Below are positions 30,291-40,874 of a DNA stretch of 64,000 nucleotides, one piece after another. Numbering within the stretch: position 1 is the first letter of the stretch; every line of letters begins with the position of its first letter. The translations under genes and the position numbers were made by a program. The stretch spans positions 36,092 to 100,091 of the forward strand of contig JAOPTX010000036.1 of assembly GCA_051532055.1 (NCBI GenBank). The letters are read 5' to 3'. This DNA comes from Fibrobacterales bacterium. Lineage in GTDB: Bacteria > Fibrobacterota > Fibrobacteria > Fibrobacterales > JAOPTW01. The notes under the pieces were generated by a model. The model made no database searches, was not told the DNA's origin, and saw only the letters and a program-made list of their open reading frames with translations.

Positions 30291-31385
30291 ATGCAGCATT
30301 TGAATGCACTGACTTCTTTGAGGTTCTTTGCCGCTATGGCGGTGTTTTTCTCCCATTGTGGTTTTATGACAGGGGTCGGAAGTGAAAAGCTTGATAAATT
30401 ATATGGCTATATTTTTCATGAAGGATTTTTAGGCGTAGGGTTTTTCTTTATATTGTCTGGATATATATTGGCATATTCTTATGGTGGGCGACTTCTTTCT
30501 GGAAAGGTTTCCAAAAGGTCATTTTACATAGCTAGAATAGCGAGAATTTATCCATTACATTTGATTACATTGCTGTGTGCATTGCCGCTTCTGTATTTTC
30601 AAGTAAAACAAGTAGGTGGATGGGCGTTGTCTGTATTGCCGGCACATCTGCTGTTAGTTCAGTCATTTATTCCAAGCCACCACTTTTATTTTGCATTGAA
30701 TGGTCCTTCATGGAGTATAAGTGTAGAATTGTTTTTCTACTTGTTGTTTCCTTTTGTAATACTGCTTTCCTCGAAGAAACTAGTTACACTTGCGTCACTA
30801 GTTTTTTTAGGTCTATGGCTTTTTATTTATAATGCAGATAAAACATTTCTAGAAAGTTACGGCCGTTGGACGACAGGTATTTTTCCATTACTTCAAGTAG
30901 GAAATTTTATATTGGGAATTGTATTATATCGATTGTTTGGAGATTTCAAGAAGTACTCTTTTAAAGTTGTTACTTACATGCAATGTTTGTCTGTTGTATT
31001 GTTGGTGCTATTTTATGTGATGTTTCCAAATGTTTCAATATATTATCGTTATAGCGTATATTATATTCTGCCCTTTGCACTGCTTGTAGTGTCGTTTTCG
31101 AATGGACAAGGCTGGCTATCAAAGTTGATTGATAAAAAAAGATTCATTTTATTAGGACACGCGAGCTTTGCGTTTTATCTTGTCCATCAATTGATTATTA
31201 AGTACGGAGAACTAATTGTAGAAAAAGTATTTGATATTCCTTTCTTATTAAGTCCAGAAGGCACAGTTGTGAGAGTGATCTTTTATCTTGTTTTAAGCTA
31301 TTCAATTAGTATTGTACTCCATCTTAAGTTTGAGATGCAGGCAAAATCATGGGTTCAGAAAAAGTTTGCAGGAGTAATTAAATAA
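30291..31385 (+). CDS. Acyltransferase family 3 (OafA-like)
   Basis: LTSLRFFAA.AV..H, FFILSG, RIARIYP, WSISVE and SFAFYLVH. Confidence 0.92.
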   Translation: MQHLNALTSLRFFAAMAVFFSHCGFMTGVGSEKLDKLYGYIFHEGFLGVGFFFILSGYILAYSYGGRLLSGKVSKRSFYIARIARIYPLHLITLLCALPLLYFQVKQVGGWALSVLPAHLLLVQSFIPSHHFYFALNGPSWSISVELFFYLLFPFVILLSSKKLVTLASLVFLGLWLFIYNADKTFLESYGRWTTGIFPLLQVGNFILGIVLYRLFGDFKKYSFKVVTYMQCLSVVLLVLFYVMFPNVSIYYRYSVYYILPFALLVVSFSNGQGWLSKLIDKKRFILLGHASFAFYLVHQLIIKYGELIVEKVFDIPFLLSPEGTVVRVIFYLVLSYSISIVLHLKFEMQAKSWVQKKFAGVIK

Positions 31386-32245
31386 TGATTGGTGTCAGTG
31401 TAATAATTCCTACAATAAATCGGTATGATGTGCTTCGTGATGCAATTGAAGACATGATCAATCAAACCTATGAACTCTACGAAATAATAGTTGTAGACCA
31501 ATCGGATAATGTGCCTGAGTGGACGCAAGAGATTACTGCGCAGAATGCAGATATAATGCGGTACTTTAAAGATGTTGATTTTAAAGGACTGCCCCAGGCA
31601 CGTAACTTTGGAATGGCTCAAGCAAAGCATGAGGTTATTCTCTATATAGATGATGATATCCGTACAGAGCCAACCTTAATTGCGCAACATGCAAAATGTT
31701 ATGTGGATAATCAAATCGGTATGGTTGGTGGTGGAATAGAGCTTCCGGGACATGATAATGATACTGAACCTGCAGTGGTAGGCAAATTTAACTCCTGGAC
31801 AGCGACCCCTATACAGGGCTTTCACTCCAAAAAAGAGCTTGAAGTAGACCATGTACAGGGGTGTAACTTTTCTATACGTACTGAATTAATGCGTCAAATT
31901 GGTGGCATAGATGAAGTGCTTGCTCGTGGTGCGGCCCTCTATGAAGAGCTTGAGATGTGTTTGAGAGTGCATAAGGCTGGATATAAAATTTGGTTTAATG
32001 GAAACGCTCGTTTGCTTCACTTGGTATCTGCTGAAGGTGGGTGTCGGGTAAAGGATATAAAGAAATATATGTGGGGCTTTGGGCATAACAGGTCACGAGT
32101 TATAGCGAAAAATCTTACGGGACTAAAGAAGGTTACTGCGCTCGGGAGGTTGATGTTGTTTGGGGTTTCGTTTACAAGAGCGTATAAAACGACGGCTGCT
32201 TTTAGTCAGATGATAAAAGGAATGAGAGAGGGGCTGAAGGCTTAA
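31385..32245 (+). CDS. Glycosyltransferase family 2
   Basis: VSVIIPT.NR, VVDQS, ARNFG, IDDD and GCNFS. Confidence 0.92.
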   Translation: MIGVSVIIPTINRYDVLRDAIEDMINQTYELYEIIVVDQSDNVPEWTQEITAQNADIMRYFKDVDFKGLPQARNFGMAQAKHEVILYIDDDIRTEPTLIAQHAKCYVDNQIGMVGGGIELPGHDNDTEPAVVGKFNSWTATPIQGFHSKKELEVDHVQGCNFSIRTELMRQIGGIDEVLARGAALYEELEMCLRVHKAGYKIWFNGNARLLHLVSAEGGCRVKDIKKYMWGFGHNRSRVIAKNLTGLKKVTALGRLMLFGVSFTRAYKTTAAFSQMIKGMREGLKA

Positions 32246-32248
32246 TCG

Positions 32249-33346
32249 ATGCATTTCCTTCTACTCCCATATCTGTTTTTAACGGGACTCTATATTTATA
32301 GTCTTGATAAAAAGGATAGTAAAGATCAGCAGCTCTATGTTTGGTTCTCGATGGTGGGAATGGTCACTCTTTTGTTTCTGACCTTCTCATTTGGCTTGCG
32401 CGGAGGTGACCGGTGGGGATACTCCTTCACCTTTGAACGGGTGAGACAATATTCTTTTTCTGAAATATTTATACACGAAGAGTTGGAGTTGTTTTGGGGG
32501 TCTTTTACCTGGGGGATTGGACAACTCACTGAATTTTTTGAACTCTATTTTGCAGCAGTGATGATATTAATGTTGTTTAATGTCTATTTGAGCTTTAAAC
32601 TACTCCTCAATAATATGGATAGATGGGGATTAATGATAAGTTATACACTCTACCCATTTTTCCTGAATTATGCGACTAATACTCTTCGACAGGGTATGGG
32701 TCAGAGCTTTGTGATGCTTGCGTTGGCCTTGTGGTTTACTAATCGACGGCTGTTAGGATTTGTTGTACTGATACAGAGTTATTTTTGGCACTCAAGTATG
32801 GCTATGCCCATACCAATCATATTAGGGCTTTGGTTTACACTCAGGTTTCGCATAACTCTAAAAGTGGTAGTAGTAGTGTACATATCTTCTATAATTATGT
32901 CGGTACTACGAATTAATGATGCATTAGCCAGTTTTATTCCAAAATTATTAAACCTTGATGAAAAACAAATGTGGTATTTTGATGAGACTCTTATAGAGAT
33001 TACGGGATATCAAACAGGGGCAAAACCGGGATTTATTTTATTCTCTCTACTTCCTTTGGGAGTGTACTTTGTATTAAAAAAGCACATGCCTGAGTATAAA
33101 GAGTATCAAGTGAGATATTGGTTGTCTACCTATTGTATGACCAATTGTCTATTGCATTGGTTTACTTTTGCCCCCTACAGTGACCGTTTTGCAGGTATGT
33201 CGTGGTTTTTATTACCTCTTGCTTTATGGCATATTGTAGACGCGGCTGGAGAAGAGTATAAAAAACGTATGTTCATTGCATTTCCACTCTTTAATGTATT
33301 ACTTATTCAAATTTATACAGGCTCATTTTTAAGGGAATTCCTCTAA
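32249..33346 (+). CDS. EpsG-family membrane protein, probable Wzy polymerase
   Basis: Polytopic protein with GLRGGD...Y, N.LRQG and H.S motifs typical of EpsG; located within the Wzx/Wzc locus. Confidence 0.8.
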   Translation: MHFLLLPYLFLTGLYIYSLDKKDSKDQQLYVWFSMVGMVTLLFLTFSFGLRGGDRWGYSFTFERVRQYSFSEIFIHEELELFWGSFTWGIGQLTEFFELYFAAVMILMLFNVYLSFKLLLNNMDRWGLMISYTLYPFFLNYATNTLRQGMGQSFVMLALALWFTNRRLLGFVVLIQSYFWHSSMAMPIPIILGLWFTLRFRITLKVVVVVYISSIIMSVLRINDALASFIPKLLNLDEKQMWYFDETLIEITGYQTGAKPGFILFSLLPLGVYFVLKKHMPEYKEYQVRYWLSTYCMTNCLLHWFTFAPYSDRFAGMSWFLLPLALWHIVDAAGEEYKKRMFIAFPLFNVLLIQIYTGSFLREFL

Positions 33347-33347
33347 T

Positions 33348-34160
33348 ATGATTCAAATTATACCGGTGTCAGTGGTAATGCCTAGTTTTAATAGTATCGA
33401 GACTATAGTAAGAGCGTTAACTTCAGTTATGCAACAAACGGTACAGCCCGTAGAAATAATTATTGTTGATGATTGTAGTACTGATAACTCAGTAGAGAAG
33501 ATTGAAAGGTATATTAAGGAATCAACTTACAGTATATCTATTCGTATCATAAAGCAGCCGGTAAATGGAGGTCCCTCTACGGCTCGAAATCGAGGTGTAT
33601 CTGAGGCTCAAGGGAGCTATATTGCGTTTTTAGATTCAGATGACGCATGGTATTTAAATAAATTGGAGTTGCAATATCAGTATATGGTTGCGAATCCTGA
33701 CCTATTGATGTCTGGCCATAAATACTCAACAGTTGATACTGACAATTGGGTACCCCAAATACAGCATGCATCCCAAAAGCTCGTAACTATTTCTAAAAGA
33801 GTACTGTTAAAAAGAAACTGGTTTGCTACCTCAACAGTAATGGTTAAAAAGAGCAATGATGTGTGCTTTGATGAATCAAAAAAGTATTCTGAAGACTATT
33901 TGTTGTGGCTTCAGCTGACTATCAAAAAGGGAGAATCTCACTATTTTGATATACCACTAGCCTATTACTTTAAAGCAGCGTACGGAGTTTCTGGTCTCTC
34001 TTCTAATATGCATGCTATGTGGCAAGGTGAGATGGATAATTTTAAGAAACTATATGAAAGTGGGCACATCTCATTTGTTGAAAAATTGGGCGCTCAATGT
34101 CTATCGTGTATCAAATATTGGAGAAGGCTTGTGCTAACTACGAGGAAGTCAAATGGATAA
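33348..34160 (+). CDS. Glycosyltransferase family 2
   Basis: VSVVMPSFN, VDDCSTD, AFLDSDD and SEDY. Confidence 0.92.
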   Translation: MIQIIPVSVVMPSFNSIETIVRALTSVMQQTVQPVEIIIVDDCSTDNSVEKIERYIKESTYSISIRIIKQPVNGGPSTARNRGVSEAQGSYIAFLDSDDAWYLNKLELQYQYMVANPDLLMSGHKYSTVDTDNWVPQIQHASQKLVTISKRVLLKRNWFATSTVMVKKSNDVCFDESKKYSEDYLLWLQLTIKKGESHYFDIPLAYYFKAAYGVSGLSSNMHAMWQGEMDNFKKLYESGHISFVEKLGAQCLSCIKYWRRLVLTTRKSNG

Positions 34161-35283
34161 AATACGGGTGTTATTAGTTGTTGATCATGCTAAGGGTACC
34201 AGTGGGCCACACAGAAATGTGGTAGGTACATTAAATGCTCTTGCGCTCCACCAAGATATTTCACTTTCATTACTGTGTAATGAATATGATGAAAATGAGT
34301 TATTCGCTCGATCTAAAGCAACAAGAATTTATACCGGCTTTAACCCTAAAAAGCCTTTTGCGATACTAACAAATGCTATAAAGGTAGTGTGGGCGTTATT
34401 AAAGTGCGATGTAGTCTATGTTCCGACTAATTTAACCACGTTTCTGTATGTCGCAATATTTGGTTTTTTTAAGAAAAAAATTGCTGGCCCTAATGTTACC
34501 GGTATTCCTATAATTATGGATGCAAATAATCAGTCGGCCTTTATGACGACGACGTTAGTAGATCGATGGGTAGAAAATTCCGCAATTCGTAAATACCACT
34601 GTATGAGAGCGGGAACGGCAGAAAAGCAAATCGCAGTAATCTTACACTCCATAAATAGCGATGATTTTAACCCTGCCAAAAGAGAAGTATCTATATGGCA
34701 AAAATATGGTTTAGATACCGATCGTCTTAAAATTGTGCACGTCGGCCGCGCTAATGAAGAGCGTAAGGGTATTACTCAGATGTTTGAGGCATTCCAAAAG
34801 CTTAATGGCGACAATATATACGATCTTGTTTATGCAGGCCCCAAAGGGGCGTGTTGGAAAGACGAGTATGATGCGATTCCTGGTTTTCACTATTTGGGTA
34901 AGGTGTATGGTGAAGATTTGCAAAAGCTCTATGCGAGCTCAGACATCTTTTTTGCTCTGTCGAGCTGGGAGACCTTTTGGTTTACTCCTTTAGAGGCAAT
35001 GGCATCAGGACTCCCTTGTGTAATTACAGAAGTTGGAGCAGTGGATGAAATGATTCCTACAAACGGTGTTGAAGGGTTTAAGGTTGAAGGTGTTGATACC
35101 TCTAACTCTACATTTGAACTACAGGTTGTAGATGAGTCTTATGCAGCCCTCAAAAAATTGTGCGAATCTAAAGAGTTAAGAATCGAAATGGGGTTAAGGG
35201 CTCGGGAGCGAGCAGTCTCTCGCTTTTCTGAAAAAACATTAGGAGACGACTTAGTAGCAGTAATAAAGGATGTGTTACAATGA
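34153..35283 (+). CDS. Glycosyltransferase family 4
   Basis: VGR...RKG and SWETFWFTPLEAMASGLP. Confidence 0.88.
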   Translation: MDKIRVLLVVDHAKGTSGPHRNVVGTLNALALHQDISLSLLCNEYDENELFARSKATRIYTGFNPKKPFAILTNAIKVVWALLKCDVVYVPTNLTTFLYVAIFGFFKKKIAGPNVTGIPIIMDANNQSAFMTTTLVDRWVENSAIRKYHCMRAGTAEKQIAVILHSINSDDFNPAKREVSIWQKYGLDTDRLKIVHVGRANEERKGITQMFEAFQKLNGDNIYDLVYAGPKGACWKDEYDAIPGFHYLGKVYGEDLQKLYASSDIFFALSSWETFWFTPLEAMASGLPCVITEVGAVDEMIPTNGVEGFKVEGVDTSNSTFELQVVDESYAALKKLCESKELRIEMGLRARERAVSRFSEKTLGDDLVAVIKDVLQ

Positions 35284-36422
35284 AGAAGAAGCTTCTTTAT
35301 GCAGTTACCATACCCTTAACAGCAAAGGCGTTTTTGAAAGGCCAGCTTAAGTGGTTTATTGAAAAAGGGTATGATGTCCACTTGGTAACCTCTCCTGGTG
35401 AAGAACTCGCTGAAGTGATTGAGCGAGAAGGGTGTCGCGTTACACAACTTTCTATGGAGCGTGAAATATCTCTTAAAAAAGATGTTTTGTCCTTTATATG
35501 TGTGTTGTGGTTGTTGATTAAAGATCGACCGAGTGTGGTGAATGCAGGTACCCCCAAGGCCTCTCTTCTTTTTATGATAGCATCATGGCTATTGAGAATT
35601 CCAACACGAGTCTATACCCTCCATGGCTTACGGTATCAGACTACAACGGGATTAAAAAGAACAATATTGATCGCTTGTGAAAAAATAGCTTCGGGCTGCG
35701 CAACAAATATAATGACTGTTAGTGAGAGTGTGAAAAAATGCTACATAGATGATATACAGGTGTCTCCCAATAAAATGGTTGTGATTAATAAGGGGAGTTG
35801 TAATGGCTTTGATGCTGAGGCAATTAATGTTACACAACTCAGAGAGGAGAATAGAAAAACTCTACAAGGGCAATATGACTTACGTGATAAAAACTTTGTT
35901 ATTGGGTTTGTAGGTCGGTTTGTTAAAGATAAGGGGATAGAAGAGCTTTATTGGGCTTTTAAAGAGTTGCAAAAGAAGGATGCCCAAGCTCGGTTACTTC
36001 TTGTCGGTAGATTCGAAGATGGTGACCCGTTGTCAGGAAACCTTCGATCCGAAATGGAAAATGACTCGACGGTAGTTTTTACCGGATTTGTGTCAAATGT
36101 ACTTCCTTTTTACTCTATTATGGATCTGTTTGTTCTGCCTTCTTTTAGAGAAGGCCTCCCCTATACGCCACTTGAAGCGGCGTCATGTGAGCTTCCTGTG
36201 ATAACGACCCGTGCAACAGGAGCTATAGATTCTATTAGCGATGGCAACACAGGAATACTTATTGATGCAGTCGACAGAGAACAACTACTCGAAGCCCTTC
36301 ACTTTTGTTTGAGCAATAGAGAAGAAATTGCCAAATATGGGGATGCTGGAAAGGCTTGGGTGAAAGAAAACTTTCAACCAAGCAAAATTTGGAATGGGTT
36401 GTTGGAAATATATGCTAACTAG
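35280..36422 (+). CDS. Glycosyltransferase family 4 (CapM/Cap1E-like)
   Basis: FLKGQL, MEREIS, GTPKA, VGRFVKDKG and PSFREGLP. Confidence 0.92.
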   Translation: MKKKLLYAVTIPLTAKAFLKGQLKWFIEKGYDVHLVTSPGEELAEVIEREGCRVTQLSMEREISLKKDVLSFICVLWLLIKDRPSVVNAGTPKASLLFMIASWLLRIPTRVYTLHGLRYQTTTGLKRTILIACEKIASGCATNIMTVSESVKKCYIDDIQVSPNKMVVINKGSCNGFDAEAINVTQLREENRKTLQGQYDLRDKNFVIGFVGRFVKDKGIEELYWAFKELQKKDAQARLLLVGRFEDGDPLSGNLRSEMENDSTVVFTGFVSNVLPFYSIMDLFVLPSFREGLPYTPLEAASCELPVITTRATGAIDSISDGNTGILIDAVDREQLLEALHFCLSNREEIAKYGDAGKAWVKENFQPSKIWNGLLEIYAN

Positions 36423-36423
36423 G

Positions 36424-37467
36424 CTATTTCCTTAAAACAACTTTTTGAATGGGGGCGCAGATCTGTGCAAGAACCCATGAGAGTAGTAGGGTTATCAAAA
36501 AATAGGTACCGTATTCAAGGAGTCTTATACTATTGATGGATTCTAAAAAAGGTATTGTTTTAAAATATTTAGTGTGGCTACCCAGTCCGTAAATCCATCC
36601 ATGCACAAGAAATATTTCGAGACTGTATGTCCCGCAAAAGCTTAAAAAAGTTAATAAGAAACGAGGTATCTTTTTAATAGTAGTTATCCATCGGATAGTA
36701 TCTGCGAGACACAAGGTGATGGGGAGCGCCATGATAGCTATGGGGTACCACAATAGTCCTGCCTTGTATGTGTCATCATAATTGAATAGCTGTAATAATA
36801 CCACAACAGAGGCTAGTGCACTACTAGAGAGAGTATACATTATAACTCTATTGTATTGAGTTTCTGATTTGTGTAAAAGCGTATGCCCGACGTGGATCCC
36901 AATTAAAAAAGCAGGGAGCCTCGAAAACACAATTATGAGATGGTTAAGTTCAATGAAATATGAAATAATCCCCATAAGTATGCTGATTAGTGAAAGGATA
37001 ATGGTGGATCGAAAACAATGTTTTTGATAGAGAGAGTTCAGAGATGGAAAGAGTAGATAAAACATGAATGCTGTAGGTATGTACCATCCATAACTATTTA
37101 TATTAAGCCAAAAGCCGAGGGTACTATACCTTAATAGCAACCAAAGGGGGGTCATGATACCAGTATAAAATTGGAGGGTAATAAGAGATAGAGTTATGAT
37201 TATCCAATAAGCAGGTAGAATTCTAACGAAACGCTTCGCGAAAAAGCGTGATAGAGGCTCCTTATTTTTGTTGCGTGAATAGACGAGGCCAAGTCCCGAA
37301 AGAACAAAAAAGATATCAACACCAATGTAACCAAAATTTTTAATAAGCCGAAAAGGGTAGAGAAATAAGTGCTCATTAAAATAAATGTGAGCATGGTAGA
37401 GACATACTAGAAGGATGCTTATGCCCATGAGGTGATTGCGGTATTTACTTATTAGACTCAGATTCAT
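36424..37467 (-). CDS. Acyltransferase family 3
   Basis: SKYR..LMG, GVDIFFVLSG.GL, KRFVRILP and SLEIFLVH. Confidence 0.88.
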   Translation of the reverse strand: MNLSLISKYRNHLMGISILLVCLYHAHIYFNEHLFLYPFRLIKNFGYIGVDIFFVLSGLGLVYSRNKNKEPLSRFFAKRFVRILPAYWIIITLSLITLQFYTGIMTPLWLLLRYSTLGFWLNINSYGWYIPTAFMFYLLFPSLNSLYQKHCFRSTIILSLISILMGIISYFIELNHLIIVFSRLPAFLIGIHVGHTLLHKSETQYNRVIMYTLSSSALASVVVLLQLFNYDDTYKAGLLWYPIAIMALPITLCLADTIRWITTIKKIPRFLLTFLSFCGTYSLEIFLVHGWIYGLGSHTKYFKTIPFLESINSIRLLEYGTYFLITLLLSWVLAQICAPIQKVVLRK

Positions 37468-37495
37468 TTTAGTATTTCTCTTATTGAGTATTTTT

Positions 37496-39103
37496 TTATT
37501 GTTCCATAAGGAGGTTATTAATTGCGCCGTTTTTCGTGTAATAAGTAGCGTTTATGTTTTTGTTCTCAATACTGACAATGTCCTTTATCTGTGATTTAAA
37601 TTGAAGGGGTTTTATAACCTTTAATAGTCTAAGCTTGATAACTCTCAGTAAATGAAGGTCCGTTTCTCCCGGCGATATAGTCAATAAAAGGTCAGGCTGA
37701 CTTGGAGTCCAATCGCTATAATTATGCATGACTTTATTGCGTTGTTCTTGGTGGTGGGTAATTGCTGATTCATTAAACTGGTTACGGTATGCAACGTACC
37801 GAGTCTCATTACCATATGCCCATTTAAAGAGCCCTGTTACATGATAGTTTGTATAGGCTATGGTGTAAGCGCTCATTTCAATGGTGTTATCGTCAATAAT
37901 AATAGTAGACGCTTGTGCTATCTCTTTATTTTCCTTTAAATTCTCTACAATTGAGAGTTCTTTAAGCCAATCAATATGAAAGTTGTACCAGGTGTTCAGT
38001 GAGGCGCAGAGCGACAGTCCAATAAGGCCTGCAAGTATTGACTGGCGTATCCGAGTGTTAAAGTTTAAATAGTTAGAAAGGCTCAATACTCCCCAAACAG
38101 TGGCGATAGAAAAGACAAAGGGGAGAAGTGTTTGGTGTCGGTCATTCCAAATATGGGAAAATGGGTATTTTCCAACAAGAAGATAGGGGAGTATGGTGAT
38201 AAGATAGAGCATGACGATTGCAACTATTTTTCTTCTTGAACTTATAAACATAAAGCTGTTTTGGTTTCTCGCAAGAAAAACGAGTATCCCAGAGATGCCT
38301 ATAAGGAGTAATTCCATGTTGCCGGTAAAAACTGTTATAAGACTTGATTTAAAGAGGTCTATATAGACGGCTTGTAGAATAGTTGCCAGGTGTAGTGGTA
38401 TAAGAGCAATGTTTTCGAAGGTAATAGCATTGTAGTTTGCAAAAGACCCGCTTGATTTAAGAAAGAGCGATTTCAATATTAAGAAGAATAATGGGGTGAG
38501 GATAAAGTCCCCATGGGTAAGACAAAACTGTTTTATTCCTCTGAATGTGAGGGGTGTTTTGTTGGTATACAATAAGTAGAGGAGTGGGATGCTATAGAGG
38601 GCAATAAGTGAATTGAGTAAAAACGAGATAAAAAAGAGAAGAAGGGCGGAAAGGCGAAATATCGAGTTTTTCGATTCGATATACTTTATAAGGACAAGCC
38701 AGCCTGCCCAAAAGAGCGCAAGGCTGATGGCGTAGTTTGTATTCGTGATACACACTTTACTGGTATTGAGGGGGAGTGCGATGAAGAGAAGGGTGATAGC
38801 GAGAGATTCAAACTTCCCAAAGAATGTACTTGAGTGAAGAACTTTAAACAATGCGAATGATATAAAAGTATAGCATAGTGCTGTAATAGAGCGGAAGAAC
38901 ATTGGGTTCTCAGATAGAGAGAGTAACGCCTTTATTTGATACATGTATGGTATTGAGCCCGTTTGGAAATACTGAGCTTCATGTTGGCCTGGGCTAGGGT
39001 TCCACAGAGTCCATCCATCCCAAAAAACACCGTCGAGAAGTATGAAAGGAATAAAAAGGATGCAATTGAGTGCAAAGATTGTGGTATACTCTTTTCTAAG
39101 CAT
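37496..39103 (-). CDS. Polytopic membrane protein, possible GT-C-type glycan modifier
   Basis: About 11 hydrophobic segments, an acidic FWDGW motif after TM1 and a soluble C-terminal domain. Function inferred from architecture and context only. Confidence 0.45.
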   Translation of the reverse strand: MLRKEYTTIFALNCILFIPFILLDGVFWDGWTLWNPSPGQHEAQYFQTGSIPYMYQIKALLSLSENPMFFRSITALCYTFISFALFKVLHSSTFFGKFESLAITLLFIALPLNTSKVCITNTNYAISLALFWAGWLVLIKYIESKNSIFRLSALLLFFISFLLNSLIALYSIPLLYLLYTNKTPLTFRGIKQFCLTHGDFILTPLFFLILKSLFLKSSGSFANYNAITFENIALIPLHLATILQAVYIDLFKSSLITVFTGNMELLLIGISGILVFLARNQNSFMFISSRRKIVAIVMLYLITILPYLLVGKYPFSHIWNDRHQTLLPFVFSIATVWGVLSLSNYLNFNTRIRQSILAGLIGLSLCASLNTWYNFHIDWLKELSIVENLKENKEIAQASTIIIDDNTIEMSAYTIAYTNYHVTGLFKWAYGNETRYVAYRNQFNESAITHHQEQRNKVMHNYSDWTPSQPDLLLTISPGETDLHLLRVIKLRLLKVIKPLQFKSQIKDIVSIENKNINATYYTKNGAINNLLMEQ

Positions 39104-39309
39104 GTAGTATGTCTGACCGGGTTTATGATATGGGCAAAATAGTAGAAAAATTCTTTACTACTGAGATGTAAATTACTCTCAACCTAATGTCGAGTTGTAA
39201 TAGAACATGGCGATATCGATGTAGAGTTTTACTTTTATGAAATGTTTTATGGGGCTAAGAAAAAAAAGACCAGTGTCGCTTCTTAATTCTCAGTTATTAC
39301 TTAAGTTTA

Positions 39310-40740
39310 ATGGAATTAGAGAACCAAAAAATAAGGAATAATTTGGGGTATAGTATCAAATTAAGTTTTTTGTTTTTGATTGCCCTGGTGCTTTTGTCTT
39401 GCGATAAAAATTCGTCAGAATCAAAAAAGAAAAAACTGAGTAAGTCAAAATACGGGAGTATTGAGGCGGTATATAATGATATGCTGAGTGAAGACTTATT
39501 TAATGAATCTAAAGTTCATACTTTTTCTTTTACTATTCAAGATAGTTTATATGATAAAATAAACCGGAATCCCAAAAAAGAAGAATTTGTTTCTGCATAT
39601 ATGCAATTTAACTCAAGTGATGTGGGACCTGTTTCTATCCGGTATAAAGGGAATCATGGCGCATGGAAGGGCTGTGTGGCTTCTGAAAATGAAGGTGTTG
39701 CTGCTAAGGATTGTATTAAGTTGTCTCTAAAGGTTAAAATTAAAAAGGGCAATAGAGAGGGGGTGTTTGCAAAAACCCGGCGGCTTCAGCTTCATCATAT
39801 GAATTCGTATCCAGATCAAATGACTGAGCGGTTGGCATATTGGTTTTATAGAGAGATGGGGGTTGTAGCCCCGCGAGCGGTACACGTAAAAGTATTTATT
39901 AATAACAAATATTCTGGTTTGTATACCATGGTTGAGCAGATTGATAAGTATTTCATAAAAAGAAACTTTAAAAAGCATAAAGGGTCGCTCTATAAGGATT
40001 ATATGCCTCTTACTCAAGTGAGCTCAAATAAAATAGTTGGAGTGTTAAAGGGGTATGTAGAGCAATATTCTGATGTGGATTTTGATCGAGTTGTTTCGAC
40101 TCGGAGTCATTTAAAGAAGTATCTCAAGTACCCTTCAAAGAGTCGTTTTAAGCATACTGTACTGAATGAGTTTGAGAATGAGTTGAGTGATGCTGTGGGT
40201 GAGGCCGCCGCTCAGGTGGTGCTGCAAGAATGGTTTTATCTGCAACAGTTGGTGAATCATGTAATCACTGCGGCTGCATTAAATCATTGGGATACCTCAT
40301 ATTTTAGAGATAAAATCAAAAATAATTTTTGGTTTGAGAATCATGAAGATCATAAAATTCATATGATACCGTGGGACACTGATTGGTGCTCCTTTTATTT
40401 GGGGCCAGATAACTTAAAGGCATTTTCTGAGGCCCTTCAGTGTAAATCAACGCGTGAAAATAAATTGGCTCGAAATTGGTTGTGTGATAAAGAGCTCACT
40501 CAGAGGGCGTTCAATAGATTGTTTGAGGATGTCTACCCCAAGGCGTTTAAAATGATTGATCAGTGGAAGAATCAAATTGGTCAGGCCACTACTCAAGGGG
40601 AGAATGAGTACGGAATGGGCGCGTTCCCCAATACTGCAGCGGTGAAGGTAAAAGATTGGGAACAGGCTGTTGAGGGCCTCAAAAATCGACTTATTGACAA
40701 TAAACATCAGCTACAACAGTTGATTCAGTATAACGAGTAA
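39310..40740 (+). CDS. CotH-family kinase, predicted lipoprotein
   Basis: Lipobox LLS-C, IRYKG, K.SLKV, ERLAY, GLYTMVEQID, NHWD and IPWD.D. Confidence 0.85.
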   Translation: MELENQKIRNNLGYSIKLSFLFLIALVLLSCDKNSSESKKKKLSKSKYGSIEAVYNDMLSEDLFNESKVHTFSFTIQDSLYDKINRNPKKEEFVSAYMQFNSSDVGPVSIRYKGNHGAWKGCVASENEGVAAKDCIKLSLKVKIKKGNREGVFAKTRRLQLHHMNSYPDQMTERLAYWFYREMGVVAPRAVHVKVFINNKYSGLYTMVEQIDKYFIKRNFKKHKGSLYKDYMPLTQVSSNKIVGVLKGYVEQYSDVDFDRVVSTRSHLKKYLKYPSKSRFKHTVLNEFENELSDAVGEAAAQVVLQEWFYLQQLVNHVITAAALNHWDTSYFRDKIKNNFWFENHEDHKIHMIPWDTDWCSFYLGPDNLKAFSEALQCKSTRENKLARNWLCDKELTQRAFNRLFEDVYPKAFKMIDQWKNQIGQATTQGENEYGMGAFPNTAAVKVKDWEQAVEGLKNRLIDNKHQLQQLIQYNE

Positions 40741-40828
40741 AACCTAAAGTTTACTCATTATATCACTGTATTAATAAAACTAAAGTTACGTTAAATACTT
40801 AAAATGTTTTGAATTAAAGTATTTAAGC

Positions 40829-40845
40829 GTATACTCTGAGTATAC
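40829..40845. promoter_or_regulatory. Perfect palindrome, candidate operator
   Basis: GTATACTC-T-GAGTATAC, 30 bp upstream of the start codon at 40875. Confidence 0.45.
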
Positions 40846-40874
40846 ATTAGTAGGAGTTTAATGAGGAGACTCCT

